Source: Candidatus Poribacteria bacterium (GTDB lineage: Bacteria > Poribacteria > WGA-4E > WGA-3G). Taken from it: a DNA stretch of 64,000 nt. The notes beneath the pieces are model-generated. The model was not told the origin of the DNA and did no database searches. It saw only the letters and a program-made list of their open reading frames with translations. Positions 42,960-53,222 of the stretch are shown here, one piece after another; the stretch's first letter is position 1; every line of letters starts with the position of its first letter. The position numbers were made by a program, and so were the translations under genes. The stretch covers positions 4,352,001 to 4,416,000 of the forward strand of contig OZ244048.1 of the NCBI GenBank assembly GCA_965215265.1, written 5' to 3'.

Positions 42960-42984
42960 GCCGTTTTTAATGCAACTTGGGGGT

Positions 42985-43920
42985 TTAAGGGGTAATAGCC
43001 CTTGCACACCGGAAACCGATACCGAAGATCGTGGTCTGCGGGTAACTGTTGTCGATTCTAAAGATACGCGCTTCACGATCAGATCCCCAATAGTCACCTC
43101 CGCGCACAGCGAGATCTGAGTCAAAACTTCTATAGTTCTCTATAATTTCAGCGATATTCGGGTTCGAATCAAACGGATCTTTATTCAGACACCACTCTGC
43201 CACATTGCCTGCCATGTCATACAGCCCATATCCGTTCGCCGCATAACTCCCCACAGGCGTTGTATCGCCTACATTATTACCGTAGTTCGCATCGTCCGGC
43301 GTTATCGTGTTCCCCCACGGGTATCTCTTACCAACTAATCCACCGCGGGCCGCATGCTCCCACTCTACCGCTGTTGGCAGACGCTTACCTGCCCACGCTG
43401 CATACGCCATTGCACCATACCAATTCACATTCGTCACAGGATGGTCCCCCTTACCCCAAGGATAGTCATTACCGTCCCAATCTTTGAGGTAATTACCTCT
43501 GTGGAGAGCATCCGATATATTGGCTTCTTGCCACTCGGGATTCGCCAGCACAAAAGTTTGATACTCTGCGTTCGTCACCTCGTGTGTGTCCATGTAGAAC
43601 GCGTATTCTATATGGATAGTCCGCACGTCATCTATGGTGTCCCGAGTGAACGAGCCTGCAGGAATCAGTGCCATGCCTTCGGGAGGCTCTGGTATTGTCT
43701 CGGCTGGTGGTTCTGGTTCCTCGGCTGGTGGTTCTGGTTCCTCGGCTGGTGGTTCCGGTATTTCTTCGGTTGGTGACACTACGGTCGCCAAAGTCTTTTG
43801 GTTTCTATCGCAGCTTGTGATAGAAACGCAGAGTGCCACAGCAAACAATAGGGTCAAAATCGATACAAACTTTCTATTCATTACCACGATGCCTTTTTTC
43901 GCGTTCATCCAATCTTTCAT
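42985..43920 (-). CDS. FGE-sulfatase (SUMF1/EgtB) domain lipoprotein with Pro/Glu linker; start may be 43881
   Basis: Lipobox ITSC, HEVTNAEY, RLPTAVEWEHAARGG, GLYDMAGNVAEWC, GFRC; 21-nt repeats encoding EEPEPPA. Confidence 0.88.
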   Translation of the reverse strand: MKDWMNAKKGIVVMNRKFVSILTLLFAVALCVSITSCDRNQKTLATVVSPTEEIPEPPAEEPEPPAEEPEPPAETIPEPPEGMALIPAGSFTRDTIDDVRTIHIEYAFYMDTHEVTNAEYQTFVLANPEWQEANISDALHRGNYLKDWDGNDYPWGKGDHPVTNVNWYGAMAYAAWAGKRLPTAVEWEHAARGGLVGKRYPWGNTITPDDANYGNNVGDTTPVGSYAANGYGLYDMAGNVAEWCLNKDPFDSNPNIAEIIENYRSFDSDLAVRGGDYWGSDREARIFRIDNSYPQTTIFGIGFRCARAITP

Positions 43921-44241
43921 TTCAAAATATCCTTTCGGACAATGTGTCCGTTGGCGATGCGGTTATCGCACCGGTTAGGTTCATAAAGAGTTATCGGTTT
44001 GATTGCGGGCGGGTCGGCACACAGAGGCAGCCGGAACCCCGCCCACAACACGGAGAAGTTAACATAAGTGCACTTATGGCTGTCTTTCATAAACGCGCGA
44101 AAGACAGAAGAAGGAGTGAGTGCACTTGTGTTATCAGGTAAGGTGCCGAGGCGACTGGCATACCGGCACCGTTGGCATAAGCCAACTGGGTCCGCACGCA
44201 GGTGCCCGGGGGCCCTGCAACTGAACGCCGCATGCACAAGA

Positions 44242-44290
44242 AAAAAAGCCTGCAACGGCCTCCACCGTCCGAGACGGGAGGCGTGCAGGC
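44242..44290 (-). terminator. GC-rich hairpin plus T7
   Basis: GCCTGCA..GCCTCC..GGAGGC..TGCAGGC-TTTTTTT. Confidence 0.55.
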
Positions 44291-44601
44291 GTGAGAAAGC
44301 AGCAACGAAGGTAGATTTAGATGCTGCCTTAGTTAATAAAAGGGTTAATATACGTGAAGTTAGGGGGGGGTCAATCGTCTTAACTGGGACTTAAAACACA
44401 CGACAGCACGGCATACGCACGCGTTCGTGCCAAAACTACAAACCCGCAACACGGGGCCAGGCACTCTGCTTATGGGGTAAACGGACTCTCGGTGTTTCAT
44501 CTGTTCTATTTTCCCTTGTTCTGATTCTAGTGAATGCAGTTTATTAGAAACCAACACTTTTTGTCAAACTTTCTTTTTGCCTGACTCAAAGTGTATTTTA
44601 T

Positions 44602-44630
44602 ATTATAACACAATCAACGTTTTTTGTCAA
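44602..44630 (-). promoter_or_regulatory. Perfect sigma70 promoter
   Basis: TTGACA-N17-TATAAT with extended TG. Confidence 0.65.
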
Positions 44631-44647
44631 GTCTTTTTTCAGATTTT

Positions 44648-45138
44648 TCAGATTTTTGTATACTGCAGCATATCAACATGAATTCGGAAGACGCTGTCCA
44701 CATGTTCGGGCGAAAGTGCTCGTAAACAGGCCTTCATACCCTCATGCTGACGTGTTCTACGAGAAAAAACGCTAAGTTCCGTTGTTGCACCCGGGTGAAA
44801 TTGGCGAAGAAAGGGGAGAACGCCTCCCGAATCCAGTTTCCAAACATCCCCTATATTGACGGGGAAGATGGGAGAAAGGCTTGAAATGCCGATGAACGAT
44901 ATTCCCTCATCGGATGTGCAGGGTTGAAATTGAACAGGGCTAACGCCTGTTCCCATGTCATATCCACTTGCTCAGGAGAGTGCCGTTTTATCGCGCGTTT
45001 TTTGAGTCTGTTAAACTTATCTTGTGGTAACCGGTGTAAATGATACTTTGCATCCGCTATCGCTTCCCAATGCACCTGCACACTGGATGAACTTTGCAGC
45101 GCATTGCTAAGGTCTATCATGATTTTCGCCTCTATCAC
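44648..45138 (-). pseudogene. Probable frameshifted gene remnant
   Basis: Two overlapping short ORFs; protein-like text continues across frames (SSAFQAFLP / VNIGDVWKLD...FLRQFHPGAT). Confidence 0.4.
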
Positions 45139-45195
45139 TAGGAGTATTATCAGGAGGGCAGGTACCCTCCTGATAAGCCTGGTTTGGTTGTGAAA

Positions 45196-46062
45196 TTAGC
45201 GAACCTGTTTGATTGAACCCCAGGTTGTCGCGAGTTTGTTCTTGGCTTCGACATCAAACGTTCCGTTTTCAGCAAGCCAGTTGTTGATGAATTCTACAAC
45301 GCCGATTCCACGGATATCCTCGTTTTCGGGCCATTCAGGCGAAGATTTCTGCCACATTGCAGCAATCATGCCGGTTCCGTCTTTGCCTGGTGTTTTGCTA
45401 ATAGCCACCGCCGGATCGGCATTATTTTTATCGGCTTCGGCAAAAATGACTAAGTCCCAATCCGAGCCGTCAAACTGTTCTACATGCCAGGGACGATCCG
45501 AACTAAAGGCTTTCATTGATGGGATGATTTGTTTGCCGAGGTCTGTCGGTTTCATAGCGCCATTCCGGGCACCGAAACTTAATCCCGGAATATCAAAGAC
45601 ATTGGCAGCACCATCAGGACCGTTATTTGGGCTACGGACTCCGCCTTCGTAGCTCATGTAGAAGATCCAATCTGCCACATTAATAACAATATTGCCTGCC
45701 TCAACGAAGTTTTCGACATTAGATCCGTCTGCATCTTTATTCGGGAACTCATAAAGTGCGCTCGGACAGGTTCCACACGCGAGAATAATCACATCTTGTT
45801 GTCCGTTGTCGGTATGTTCTACGGTCCACTTCGCGAGTGGCGAACCGTCGCCTTCTTCATCGCCGTCACCGAAATCTTCAATGCTGTTAAAGAGTGCTTT
45901 AATACCGGGATCGTTTTTAATCACTTTGACGTTTTCCGCAACAGCCTTGTCGGAAATCCAGCCTGGATTCGTTGGGCCAGAGTAGAATGCCAAATCGTTG
46001 GCTGAAACCATAGCCACACTGCTCAAGAGGGCAAAGATGGCTATACTAACATAAAGTTTCAT
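45196..46062 (-). CDS. Secreted hypothetical protein with C-terminal VEAKNKLATTWGSIK motif
   Basis: AAGGAGG SD, signal peptide, close paralog of 46277..47149. Confidence 0.8.
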   Translation of the reverse strand: MKLYVSIAIFALLSSVAMVSANDLAFYSGPTNPGWISDKAVAENVKVIKNDPGIKALFNSIEDFGDGDEEGDGSPLAKWTVEHTDNGQQDVIILACGTCPSALYEFPNKDADGSNVENFVEAGNIVINVADWIFYMSYEGGVRSPNNGPDGAANVFDIPGLSFGARNGAMKPTDLGKQIIPSMKAFSSDRPWHVEQFDGSDWDLVIFAEADKNNADPAVAISKTPGKDGTGMIAAMWQKSSPEWPENEDIRGIGVVEFINNWLAENGTFDVEAKNKLATTWGSIKQVR

Positions 46063-46214
46063 GATGTTTGACTCCTCCTTTGAGAGGTTTCTCATAATCG
46101 GCAAATACGGGACTCCCGTTCACTTGCCGATTATGGTTCTGTTTCTAAGTATTAGTAGGACATTAGAATGCCCTACTCCGTATTAGTTGAAGGGTAAATC
46201 GTTATCAACGAACT

Positions 46215-46253
46215 GCTCTAGTTGGTACGTTTTGAAAGCGTTCCAACTAGAGC
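46215..46253. repeat. Long intergenic hairpin
   Basis: GCTCTAGTTGG...CCAACTAGAGC between tandem paralogs. Confidence 0.55.
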
Positions 46254-46276
46254 GGTTTCTTACCGTGAGTTGGGTT

Positions 46277-47149
46277 TTAGTATGCCGCTTTGATTTTTCC
46301 CCAGGTTGTTGCTACTTTATCCTGGGCTTCTACAGGGGTTGTGATACTTCCGTTTTCGATGAGCCAGTTGGCGATAAATTCAATAACGCCTGTTGCTCTT
46401 GGGTCATCGCCATCCCAATCTGGTTGTGCTTTCTGCCACATGGCTGCAATGATACCGCCATACGTTTGGTTAACCGCTACAGCAGGATCGGCAGAATTTG
46501 GGTCGTCGTTTGAAATAGCAAAAGGGGTAACTTCCCAATCGGTGCCTTCAAATTGTTCAAGGTGCCATGGGCGGTCAGACTGAAATTCCACTAACGATGG
46601 GATATATTGCTCGCCCATTTCAGTAGGAACAGCGCTCCCACCGCGGGCTCCGAAGCTTAAGCCAGGGATATCAAAGACGTTAGCGGCACCATCAGGACCG
46701 TTATTCTCGCTTCGGCTTCCGCCCTCGTAGCTCATGTACAAAATCCAATCTGCAACGTTGATAAAGACGTTCCCGTCCTCAATGAAGTTTTCGATATTGG
46801 AATCGTCTGGGTCTACGTTAGGAAATTGATAGATTGCGCTCGGTGCAGTTCCGGATGCTGCGATAAAGACATCTTGTTGCCCGTTACCGGTGTGTTCCTG
46901 CATCCATTTACCTAGGGCAGAATCGTAACCCACTTCGTCGCCATCACCGTAGTTATTAATGGTTGCAAAGATTGATTTTATCTGATCATCGTTCATAATT
47001 GTTTCAGCATTGGCAATAGCGGCATCTTGTGAGATCCACCCTGGATTTGTCGGTCCTGAATAAATTGCCAGATCTGCTGCTATTCCACGTGTCAAAGCGG
47101 TGAGCATAAGCGATAAACTAAATATCGCAATGAGAAAGAGCACACGCAT
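46277..47149 (-). CDS. Secreted hypothetical protein with C-terminal VEAQDKVATTWGKIK motif
   Basis: Signal peptide; YSGPTNPGWIS and NVADWIxYMSYEGG shared with the paralog. Confidence 0.8.
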   Translation of the reverse strand: MRVLFLIAIFSLSLMLTALTRGIAADLAIYSGPTNPGWISQDAAIANAETIMNDDQIKSIFATINNYGDGDEVGYDSALGKWMQEHTGNGQQDVFIAASGTAPSAIYQFPNVDPDDSNIENFIEDGNVFINVADWILYMSYEGGSRSENNGPDGAANVFDIPGLSFGARGGSAVPTEMGEQYIPSLVEFQSDRPWHLEQFEGTDWEVTPFAISNDDPNSADPAVAVNQTYGGIIAAMWQKAQPDWDGDDPRATGVIEFIANWLIENGSITTPVEAQDKVATTWGKIKAAY

Positions 47150-47308
47150 AAATAAATTATCTCCTTATTATGTTAATGTTAATTGGCGTAACAGTTTGAG
47201 GTGTCTGTGAAGTCACTTGCAATGCAATCGCCTGAGATCTAAACAGCGACGCTTCTGTGACATTTTCAATAGATTGTGAGGAATTTGTCCTCTCAATGCT
47301 TACTGTAA

Positions 47309-47337
47309 ATTATACGCTAAGATGCCGATAATGTCAA
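47309..47337 (-). promoter_or_regulatory. Perfect sigma70 promoter
   Basis: TTGACA-N17-TATAAT. Confidence 0.65.
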
Positions 47338-47380
47338 CTCTTTTTTTTCACAAATTTGTATCTTCGGAAAAGTTGAGTGA

Positions 47381-48142
47381 CTACTGTTTAAGTTCGCCCC
47401 ACGTCACAGCAATTTTACCGTGTGGTTCAACAGCGAGATTGACTTCGCGCGGTGTATCGTAAAGGTAAAGGTTATCTATGTAATAGTGTTGGAGCTGATT
47501 GGTGTGAATTCCGAGTACCCCCTTGGGGTGAAGATTCTTCGGGTCAGTCCATTCTATAACCTTTTCTTGGACGAGTGAGCCCTGCTTTTTTATATAGAGT
47601 TCAAAGTTGTTATCATTTCCCAATAACGCCAGCGTGTACCATATTTTGGTTTCAACGGGGAATGGGAATTCGGCTCTGAGTTCACGATACTCGTTCCATG
47701 TGCCCCGGTCGTTTCCTTCGCGTTTGTACCAACGAGCTGAATTCGGGCGTCCGAATCCATCTATGGGTGTGATAATCAGTTGATAGAAGTGGTAGTCTTC
47801 ATTATTGGCGCGGAATAGGAGTTCCATCTTACTCGGGGCCGGTTTGTCTAGCAATTGAAAGTCGAGTTGGAGCCCGAAGTCTTCAAACTCTATTAATCCG
47901 TACCCGAAATCAACTTCGCCATTCCCATCTCCGGCAACCCGGTGGATTTCAAGTTTACCATCCTTTATATCCCAAGATTCGTCTTGGCCTTTCCAATAGT
48001 TGTCTTTCAATTTACCTTTAAAGTCATCTGCAACGAGGAGCGCTGCGTCGCTTACCCGGCAGAAAAACAGAATAGACATTATCAAGCAAAAGAAAATAGC
48101 AATTTTTCGCACAATCGTTACCTCCGTTAGAATAAGCATCAC
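47381..48142 (-). CDS. Secreted beta-sandwich (DUF1080/LamG-like) protein with C-terminal VEPHGKIAVTWGELK motif; start uncertain
   Basis: Signal peptide, DDF..WDIKDGKL, YIDNL. Confidence 0.7.
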   Translation of the reverse strand: MMLILTEVTIVRKIAIFFCLIMSILFFCRVSDAALLVADDFKGKLKDNYWKGQDESWDIKDGKLEIHRVAGDGNGEVDFGYGLIEFEDFGLQLDFQLLDKPAPSKMELLFRANNEDYHFYQLIITPIDGFGRPNSARWYKREGNDRGTWNEYRELRAEFPFPVETKIWYTLALLGNDNNFELYIKKQGSLVQEKVIEWTDPKNLHPKGVLGIHTNQLQHYYIDNLYLYDTPREVNLAVEPHGKIAVTWGELKQ

Positions 48143-48486
48143 TCTCTAATTACAATCGATTTTTTATCCATCTCAAACAATTATAATTGATTTTTTTTAT
48201 TGATGTCAAACGTTTTTATTTTGCAAAGAATCCACCTCTACCCGAGATGTTTTTTCAATCGGTAGCCAAGAAAGCGTGCCTGTATTCAAAGTTATGGAAA
48301 CGAGGGTTCCGCAACCAATAGTGGTAATCTGTCTATAGTGATTAAACTTTCGGAATGTGAGAGGTGCTCACTGCATTCAAAAAATCCCTCTTGCATGCTC
48401 CGGATACTGCTGACTACTTGTATCATGCCGGTTTAACAGCCCTGAGAACCGACCAGGTATCTCAAGCCTTCGCCTACCGTGCTTAA

Positions 48487-48595
48487 GCGATTGCGAGAAA
48501 AGTGATTGAAGAATCATAACCTAGTGAGGTTCAGACGAGATTTACACACGAGTTATCAAAACATAGACGTTGATGGTACGGAGATATACAAAAAA
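48487..48595 (+). mobile_element. Type A element with ARKVIEES* 5' extension
   Basis: GCGAGAAAAGTGATTGAAGAATCATAACCTAG...GGAGATATACAAAAAA. Confidence 0.8.
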
Positions 48596-48647
48596 CCTTC
48601 AAAGCAGCAGTCTGGTAGGCGAGATATATCAGGTACCGACGGGGTGC

Positions 48648-51578
48648 CTATTCGTTGTTTAACTTTGGATTCATTTGGCTTGGCCCGTTATTTTGCCAAT
48701 TGTCTGCCTTCTCTTTTAGTTTTTCCATATCGTCAGGATTCTTAATATCGACGATATGCGGGGTAATGATGATAACAATCTCCGCATCTTCAATAACCTT
48801 TTCCGTATTCTTAAAGAACCTGCCAATCCAGGGGATATCGCCTAAAATCGGAAGTTTATTTTCGACCTCTTTCTGTTTTTTACGAATGATGCCGCCGACA
48901 ACCAGCTGTTGTCCGTCTTTAACATCAATATAGACACTGATTGAATTGTCATCCGTTATAGGTGCGTTGAAGTCAGTAAATTCTATGAAGTTACTGGCAC
49001 TGATATTTTCGATATCGAGGCCGATAGTACGTTTTTCATCTTCGCCAGCTTGCGATTTAGCGATATAAGGTGTGAGTGAGATGTTAATCCCGACCGGTGG
49101 GTCGATGAAATCATAATTGAAGAGAGGCTGCGAGATGCCTTCCCTTAAGATGCTATTGGTATCTACGCTCTGGAGGTAAGGTATACGTCTACCGCTGCTC
49201 CATGTTGCGTTCCAGCTGTCGCGTGTCAAGAGTGAGGGTGTCGAAAGTGTCTTTACCTTATTCTCCCGGATCAGCGTGTGGAGCAGTGCCATATACTCTT
49301 TCGTTGCCAAACTGAGGTTAAATCCAGAAATCTCCCCATCCAGTCCTAATTGGCTATCCAGTTCTCCAACAAGAGGATTGCCGGGTTGAGCCGCGATGCC
49401 GAAAATCCGGTTTTCTTGGGCTGCCAATTCAATACCGAGTTTCGTTGTTTCGTCAAGTGTGACTTCAAGAATTTGTATATCGATCCAGACTTGCCCGCGT
49501 ACAAAGTCTAACTTTTTAATCAGTGCCTTGACATCCGGAAGGTAGCGTTGTAGGGTTGTGACGATGAGCGAATTGGTATCCGTTTCAGCATAAACGGTAA
49601 CCTTCCCGCGCAAGGAATTAATATCGTTTTGCTCTAATCTGCCTCCTGTAGCAAAGAACCGGGTGAAACTGAAACCGCGATTTTCGCTTGATGTTCCTTC
49701 CCAAACTTGGTCAAGTAACTGAGCGAGCTGTTCTGCATTGCCGTATTCAAGCCGGATTGTTTCTGTTATCTCTTTCTGTCCTTCCGGTGTCGGTACATCC
49801 ATTGATGCGATGAATTCAGAAATTAGGTCGAAATTACGTTGGGTTGCGGTTGACACGATAACTGCGTTGAGGGTAGGATAAGGTTCCGCTGTGACATTGC
49901 CTGCTAGTGAACCTTGTGTCTGATTGCGTTGCCGTTCTGCGAGAAAGAAAAAGAAGTTTCTCGAATTTCCTGAGCTGCCTTGGTAGACATTGTTAATCAC
50001 ATTTGCTACGTTTTCGGCGTCGGCGTATTTGAGTTTGTACATGCGGGTGCCCCATTCCTGATTAGGCATATTGACATCAAGTCTTTTGATGAGCGTATCA
50101 ATGGTTTCAAAATTCTGTGAAGCCGTAGAGATAAGTAGTGCGTTAAGTCGTGTATCTGCGACGATATGGACTTCGCCTTGCACCCCGAAGCCGCCATCTT
50201 CAGTGGGTCTCCGTTCTCTGCGCTCCCACCAAGGCCGGTCTCTATCGGCTCCAGCACTACCGCCTTCAAACAGATCTTGTAGGTCAGTTGATAGGGTTTC
50301 AGCATTGGCGAATTGTAGGAAATAGAGTTTAATCTCTTCTTGCGTCTGTTCCTGATCTAATTCGTTGATAACCTTTTCAATGATAGGAAAATTGCGCGGG
50401 TCGGAAGAGACAACGACAACATTTAACCGGTCATCATATGAGATGTTAACAGTCCCTACAATTCCTTGGAATTCGGAACTAGTGAGTCCGCGCTCCCGTC
50501 GATAGGCGCTTAGTTTGGCACGATCCCACGGATCTAGGCGTCGTCCCCGTCCTGTATTTTCTTCTCCAACGATGACTTCTTCAAGTGTTGAGGCAACATC
50601 TTCGGCGACAGCGTACTTGAGACGGAATACGCGAATCTCTGCTTGCAGATTGGGGGCAATGTCAAGTTTACGGATGAGTTCGCGGATGTAGACGAGATTG
50701 GTTTCGGATGCTTTGACGACGAGTGCATTAGAATTTTCATCTGCATAGACTTTGATGATGCCTTCAAGCATTTCAAAGTCTTCGCCTTGTTGAATAGTTT
50801 CCTTGGCTCGCGTTGGATCGCCGGCCCGTTTACTGCCAGTTGTTTTTCCTTCTTTATCTTCTTGTTCGAAGACCTGTGTGAGGGTTTGCGCAAGTGATGT
50901 CGCATTTGCGTGGGCTAAGGTTATAATCGCAATTTGTAAGGGGTATTGTTCGCCCTCATCGGCAATTTGTAAGATCTCCACAATCCGACGAATGTTTGAG
51001 GCCACATCGGTGATGACAAGCGAATTGGTGGCAGCATCAGCAAAGATAATCGCTTGTTTATTTAATAGCGGACGTAGTAAGTCGACTTGTGCGGGGGCAA
51101 CAGCATTCTCAAGTTGCACAATGTAAGTCTGGATTTCGTCTGTTTGTTCGACCTGTTCAGGATGGGGGAGGATATGCTTCACAGGGACTTTCATCACAGT
51201 CGCCTTTTCAAAAGTTGTGATGAGTAGCGTGTTATCGGTGTGGATTAACGTGAGATTATATTGGGCGAGCACAGTTTTGATTTTTTCTATTACCTCATCA
51301 AGTGTAACGTTTCTGAGATTAATGAGAGAGAATCTTTTATTTCGGATATCTTCTTCGCTCGCGATGATAGTGAGGTCTGTTTCTCGTGAGAGCCATTCTA
51401 AGAGGCCGTTAAGTTCCTGCCCCGTGAAGTTAAAGTCAAAACGGATAGCACGTCCTTCTTCATCAGTTTCAGCGACACGCATAGATGCTTGTTGCGGGTT
51501 CTGGGCAGGTGACTCAATAAGTGCACCGAACAGCAATCCTATAGAGACAAGTAAAAGAAATGAAAGTCGAACTTTCAT
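48648..51578 (-). CDS. gspD: Type II secretion secretin
   Basis: Signal peptide, multiple N-domains, QVWIDIQILEV, KLPILGDIPWIGRFF, IIITPHIV. Confidence 0.9.
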   Translation of the reverse strand: MKVRLSFLLLVSIGLLFGALIESPAQNPQQASMRVAETDEEGRAIRFDFNFTGQELNGLLEWLSRETDLTIIASEEDIRNKRFSLINLRNVTLDEVIEKIKTVLAQYNLTLIHTDNTLLITTFEKATVMKVPVKHILPHPEQVEQTDEIQTYIVQLENAVAPAQVDLLRPLLNKQAIIFADAATNSLVITDVASNIRRIVEILQIADEGEQYPLQIAIITLAHANATSLAQTLTQVFEQEDKEGKTTGSKRAGDPTRAKETIQQGEDFEMLEGIIKVYADENSNALVVKASETNLVYIRELIRKLDIAPNLQAEIRVFRLKYAVAEDVASTLEEVIVGEENTGRGRRLDPWDRAKLSAYRRERGLTSSEFQGIVGTVNISYDDRLNVVVVSSDPRNFPIIEKVINELDQEQTQEEIKLYFLQFANAETLSTDLQDLFEGGSAGADRDRPWWERRERRPTEDGGFGVQGEVHIVADTRLNALLISTASQNFETIDTLIKRLDVNMPNQEWGTRMYKLKYADAENVANVINNVYQGSSGNSRNFFFFLAERQRNQTQGSLAGNVTAEPYPTLNAVIVSTATQRNFDLISEFIASMDVPTPEGQKEITETIRLEYGNAEQLAQLLDQVWEGTSSENRGFSFTRFFATGGRLEQNDINSLRGKVTVYAETDTNSLIVTTLQRYLPDVKALIKKLDFVRGQVWIDIQILEVTLDETTKLGIELAAQENRIFGIAAQPGNPLVGELDSQLGLDGEISGFNLSLATKEYMALLHTLIRENKVKTLSTPSLLTRDSWNATWSSGRRIPYLQSVDTNSILREGISQPLFNYDFIDPPVGINISLTPYIAKSQAGEDEKRTIGLDIENISASNFIEFTDFNAPITDDNSISVYIDVKDGQQLVVGGIIRKKQKEVENKLPILGDIPWIGRFFKNTEKVIEDAEIVIIITPHIVDIKNPDDMEKLKEKADNWQNNGPSQMNPKLNNE

Positions 51579-51733
51579 AGAGATATTCCTCCTCAATTTT
51601 TTTTGATAGCGTTCAATGGTGATATCCACAACTTAAATCCGACCTTCAATGGCACTGCCGACTCTTCCCTGCTTGCAAGGCTAAAGTCGGCAAAAGCCAC
51701 TTTTCAGCAATCATTTGTTAAACGGAGTAGAGA

Positions 51734-52963
51734 TTAAAAAATTTGCGCAATCATAACGAGATCGACATTTAGGTTCAATTGATCTCTGTCCGCGGCCCTA
51801 CCTGCAGGCCGTTCGCGTTCTTCATTAGGACGCGTGTTCGACTGTTTATCCACAGTAATTCTTAGATCCTTGGCTGACAACCACTTCGTGTTAGTTTCAA
51901 TCAGGTGGTTTAAATTAACCAATTTTTCCATGCTGGTTTTGAACTTCATTTCAATAATGTAGTTATCAAACTGATACGTCGAGGGTGCCAAATCCAATTG
52001 CCTCAAAAGTGCTGTCCGTTGTTCCTGAATTTGTCCAACGTAATCGATGAGTGCGACAATGAATTCCTCTGCTGGTAGGGTCTCCGAAGTCAATGCCCCT
52101 TGTGTACGCAGCGATTGCGTGAGTACGTCTAGCAGTTTACTATTCGCTCTGAATTGAATTTCAACATAGGTGGGCTTCGCCCCGATGCCGAAAATGCCGG
52201 GGGTAGCAGGAGATTGGTGTTCATAAATCTGTGCTTCAAGGAAGCCGGGCCGGAAATTCGATGCCCCCAACAACTCTTGCGAAATCATTGAGAGAATAAA
52301 GTCTGCGAGTTCTATCCGCGTCTGTATAGGTATAACTTCCGGTAGTGACGCAAATTCCCGCTGTTTAATTGTCGTAGCGATTTTTTTGCTACTGTCGATG
52401 TTCTCTGTTTTTCCTTTTTCCGGGGGTTTATCTTCGCCCAGCCATGCGTTCATCAATTTTGAGAACGTGTCATCTTCAGTTTCTTGTTCCGCTTCCGCTT
52501 CTAGACTCTTTTTCTCTGCTTCCAAGTGTTTCATGTACAGATAAAGCACCAGATTCTGACGCGCCGGTGTGCCGAGTTTAACTGTCTGTTTGCTGGGTGA
52601 AGGTTTCGTCCGGAGTTGGTAATTTTGCTCAACCCCGGCGCGCTTTATCAATTCGTCAACGCGCTTTCTGATAACTGTCTCAGGATGTTCTTGATGAAAA
52701 ATGGTAAGCGGATCTGGTGTATCTTTTGACGATGCTAACCCGGTATCTTTATAAATTTCCCTTTCAATAGGCTTTAGGATTTCGGCTGCATGAACTAAAT
52801 TTTCTGCATTCGCTAAGTTTTTCTGTTTAGCATCTATGTTTTGGTTAGCAAACAGTTCGTAGAAGGCGGGGCCCCCTTGCAGCACAAGTACAATGAAGAG
52901 CACAATGCCTAAAATTCCAAGTAATATTCGGGCCTGAGGGGTTAATTCAAAATTAAATTCCAT
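51734..52963 (-). CDS. T2SS-associated membrane-anchored protein (GspM/PilO-like position)
   Basis: Single N-terminal TM; operon position between the PilM-like gene and gspD. Confidence 0.55.
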   Translation of the reverse strand: MEFNFELTPQARILLGILGIVLFIVLVLQGGPAFYELFANQNIDAKQKNLANAENLVHAAEILKPIEREIYKDTGLASSKDTPDPLTIFHQEHPETVIRKRVDELIKRAGVEQNYQLRTKPSPSKQTVKLGTPARQNLVLYLYMKHLEAEKKSLEAEAEQETEDDTFSKLMNAWLGEDKPPEKGKTENIDSSKKIATTIKQREFASLPEVIPIQTRIELADFILSMISQELLGASNFRPGFLEAQIYEHQSPATPGIFGIGAKPTYVEIQFRANSKLLDVLTQSLRTQGALTSETLPAEEFIVALIDYVGQIQEQRTALLRQLDLAPSTYQFDNYIIEMKFKTSMEKLVNLNHLIETNTKWLSAKDLRITVDKQSNTRPNEERERPAGRAADRDQLNLNVDLVMIAQIF

Positions 52964-53220
52964 TTTTTTGTATATTTCAGCCCAATAAAGGCTGCTGCTA
53001 TTTACAACCCTGTGAAAATCTCGCTAGAGCCGCTTTATGCTATGCCTAAGGAATCTCCGATTTTTTGTATATGTTAGCCCAATAAAGGCTGCTGCTATTT
53101 ACAACCCTGTGAAAATCTCGCTAGAGCCGCTTTATGCTATGCCTAAGGAATTTCAGACGAGATTTACACACGATTAAACAAAATCATAAGCGTTGACGGT
53201 ACGGAGATATACAAAAAAAA
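52964..53220. mobile_element. Two tandem type B copies plus an inverted type A copy
   Basis: Duplicated AGCCCAATAAAGGCTGCTGCTATTTACAACCCTGTGAAAATCTCGCTAGAG; ends GGAGATATACAAAAAAAA. Confidence 0.8.
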
Positions 53221-53222
53221 GA

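Noticed and set aside
42985-43100. DGR variable region in the FGE-domain protein
   Set aside because: No template repeat differing at adenines and no reverse transcriptase seen in the window
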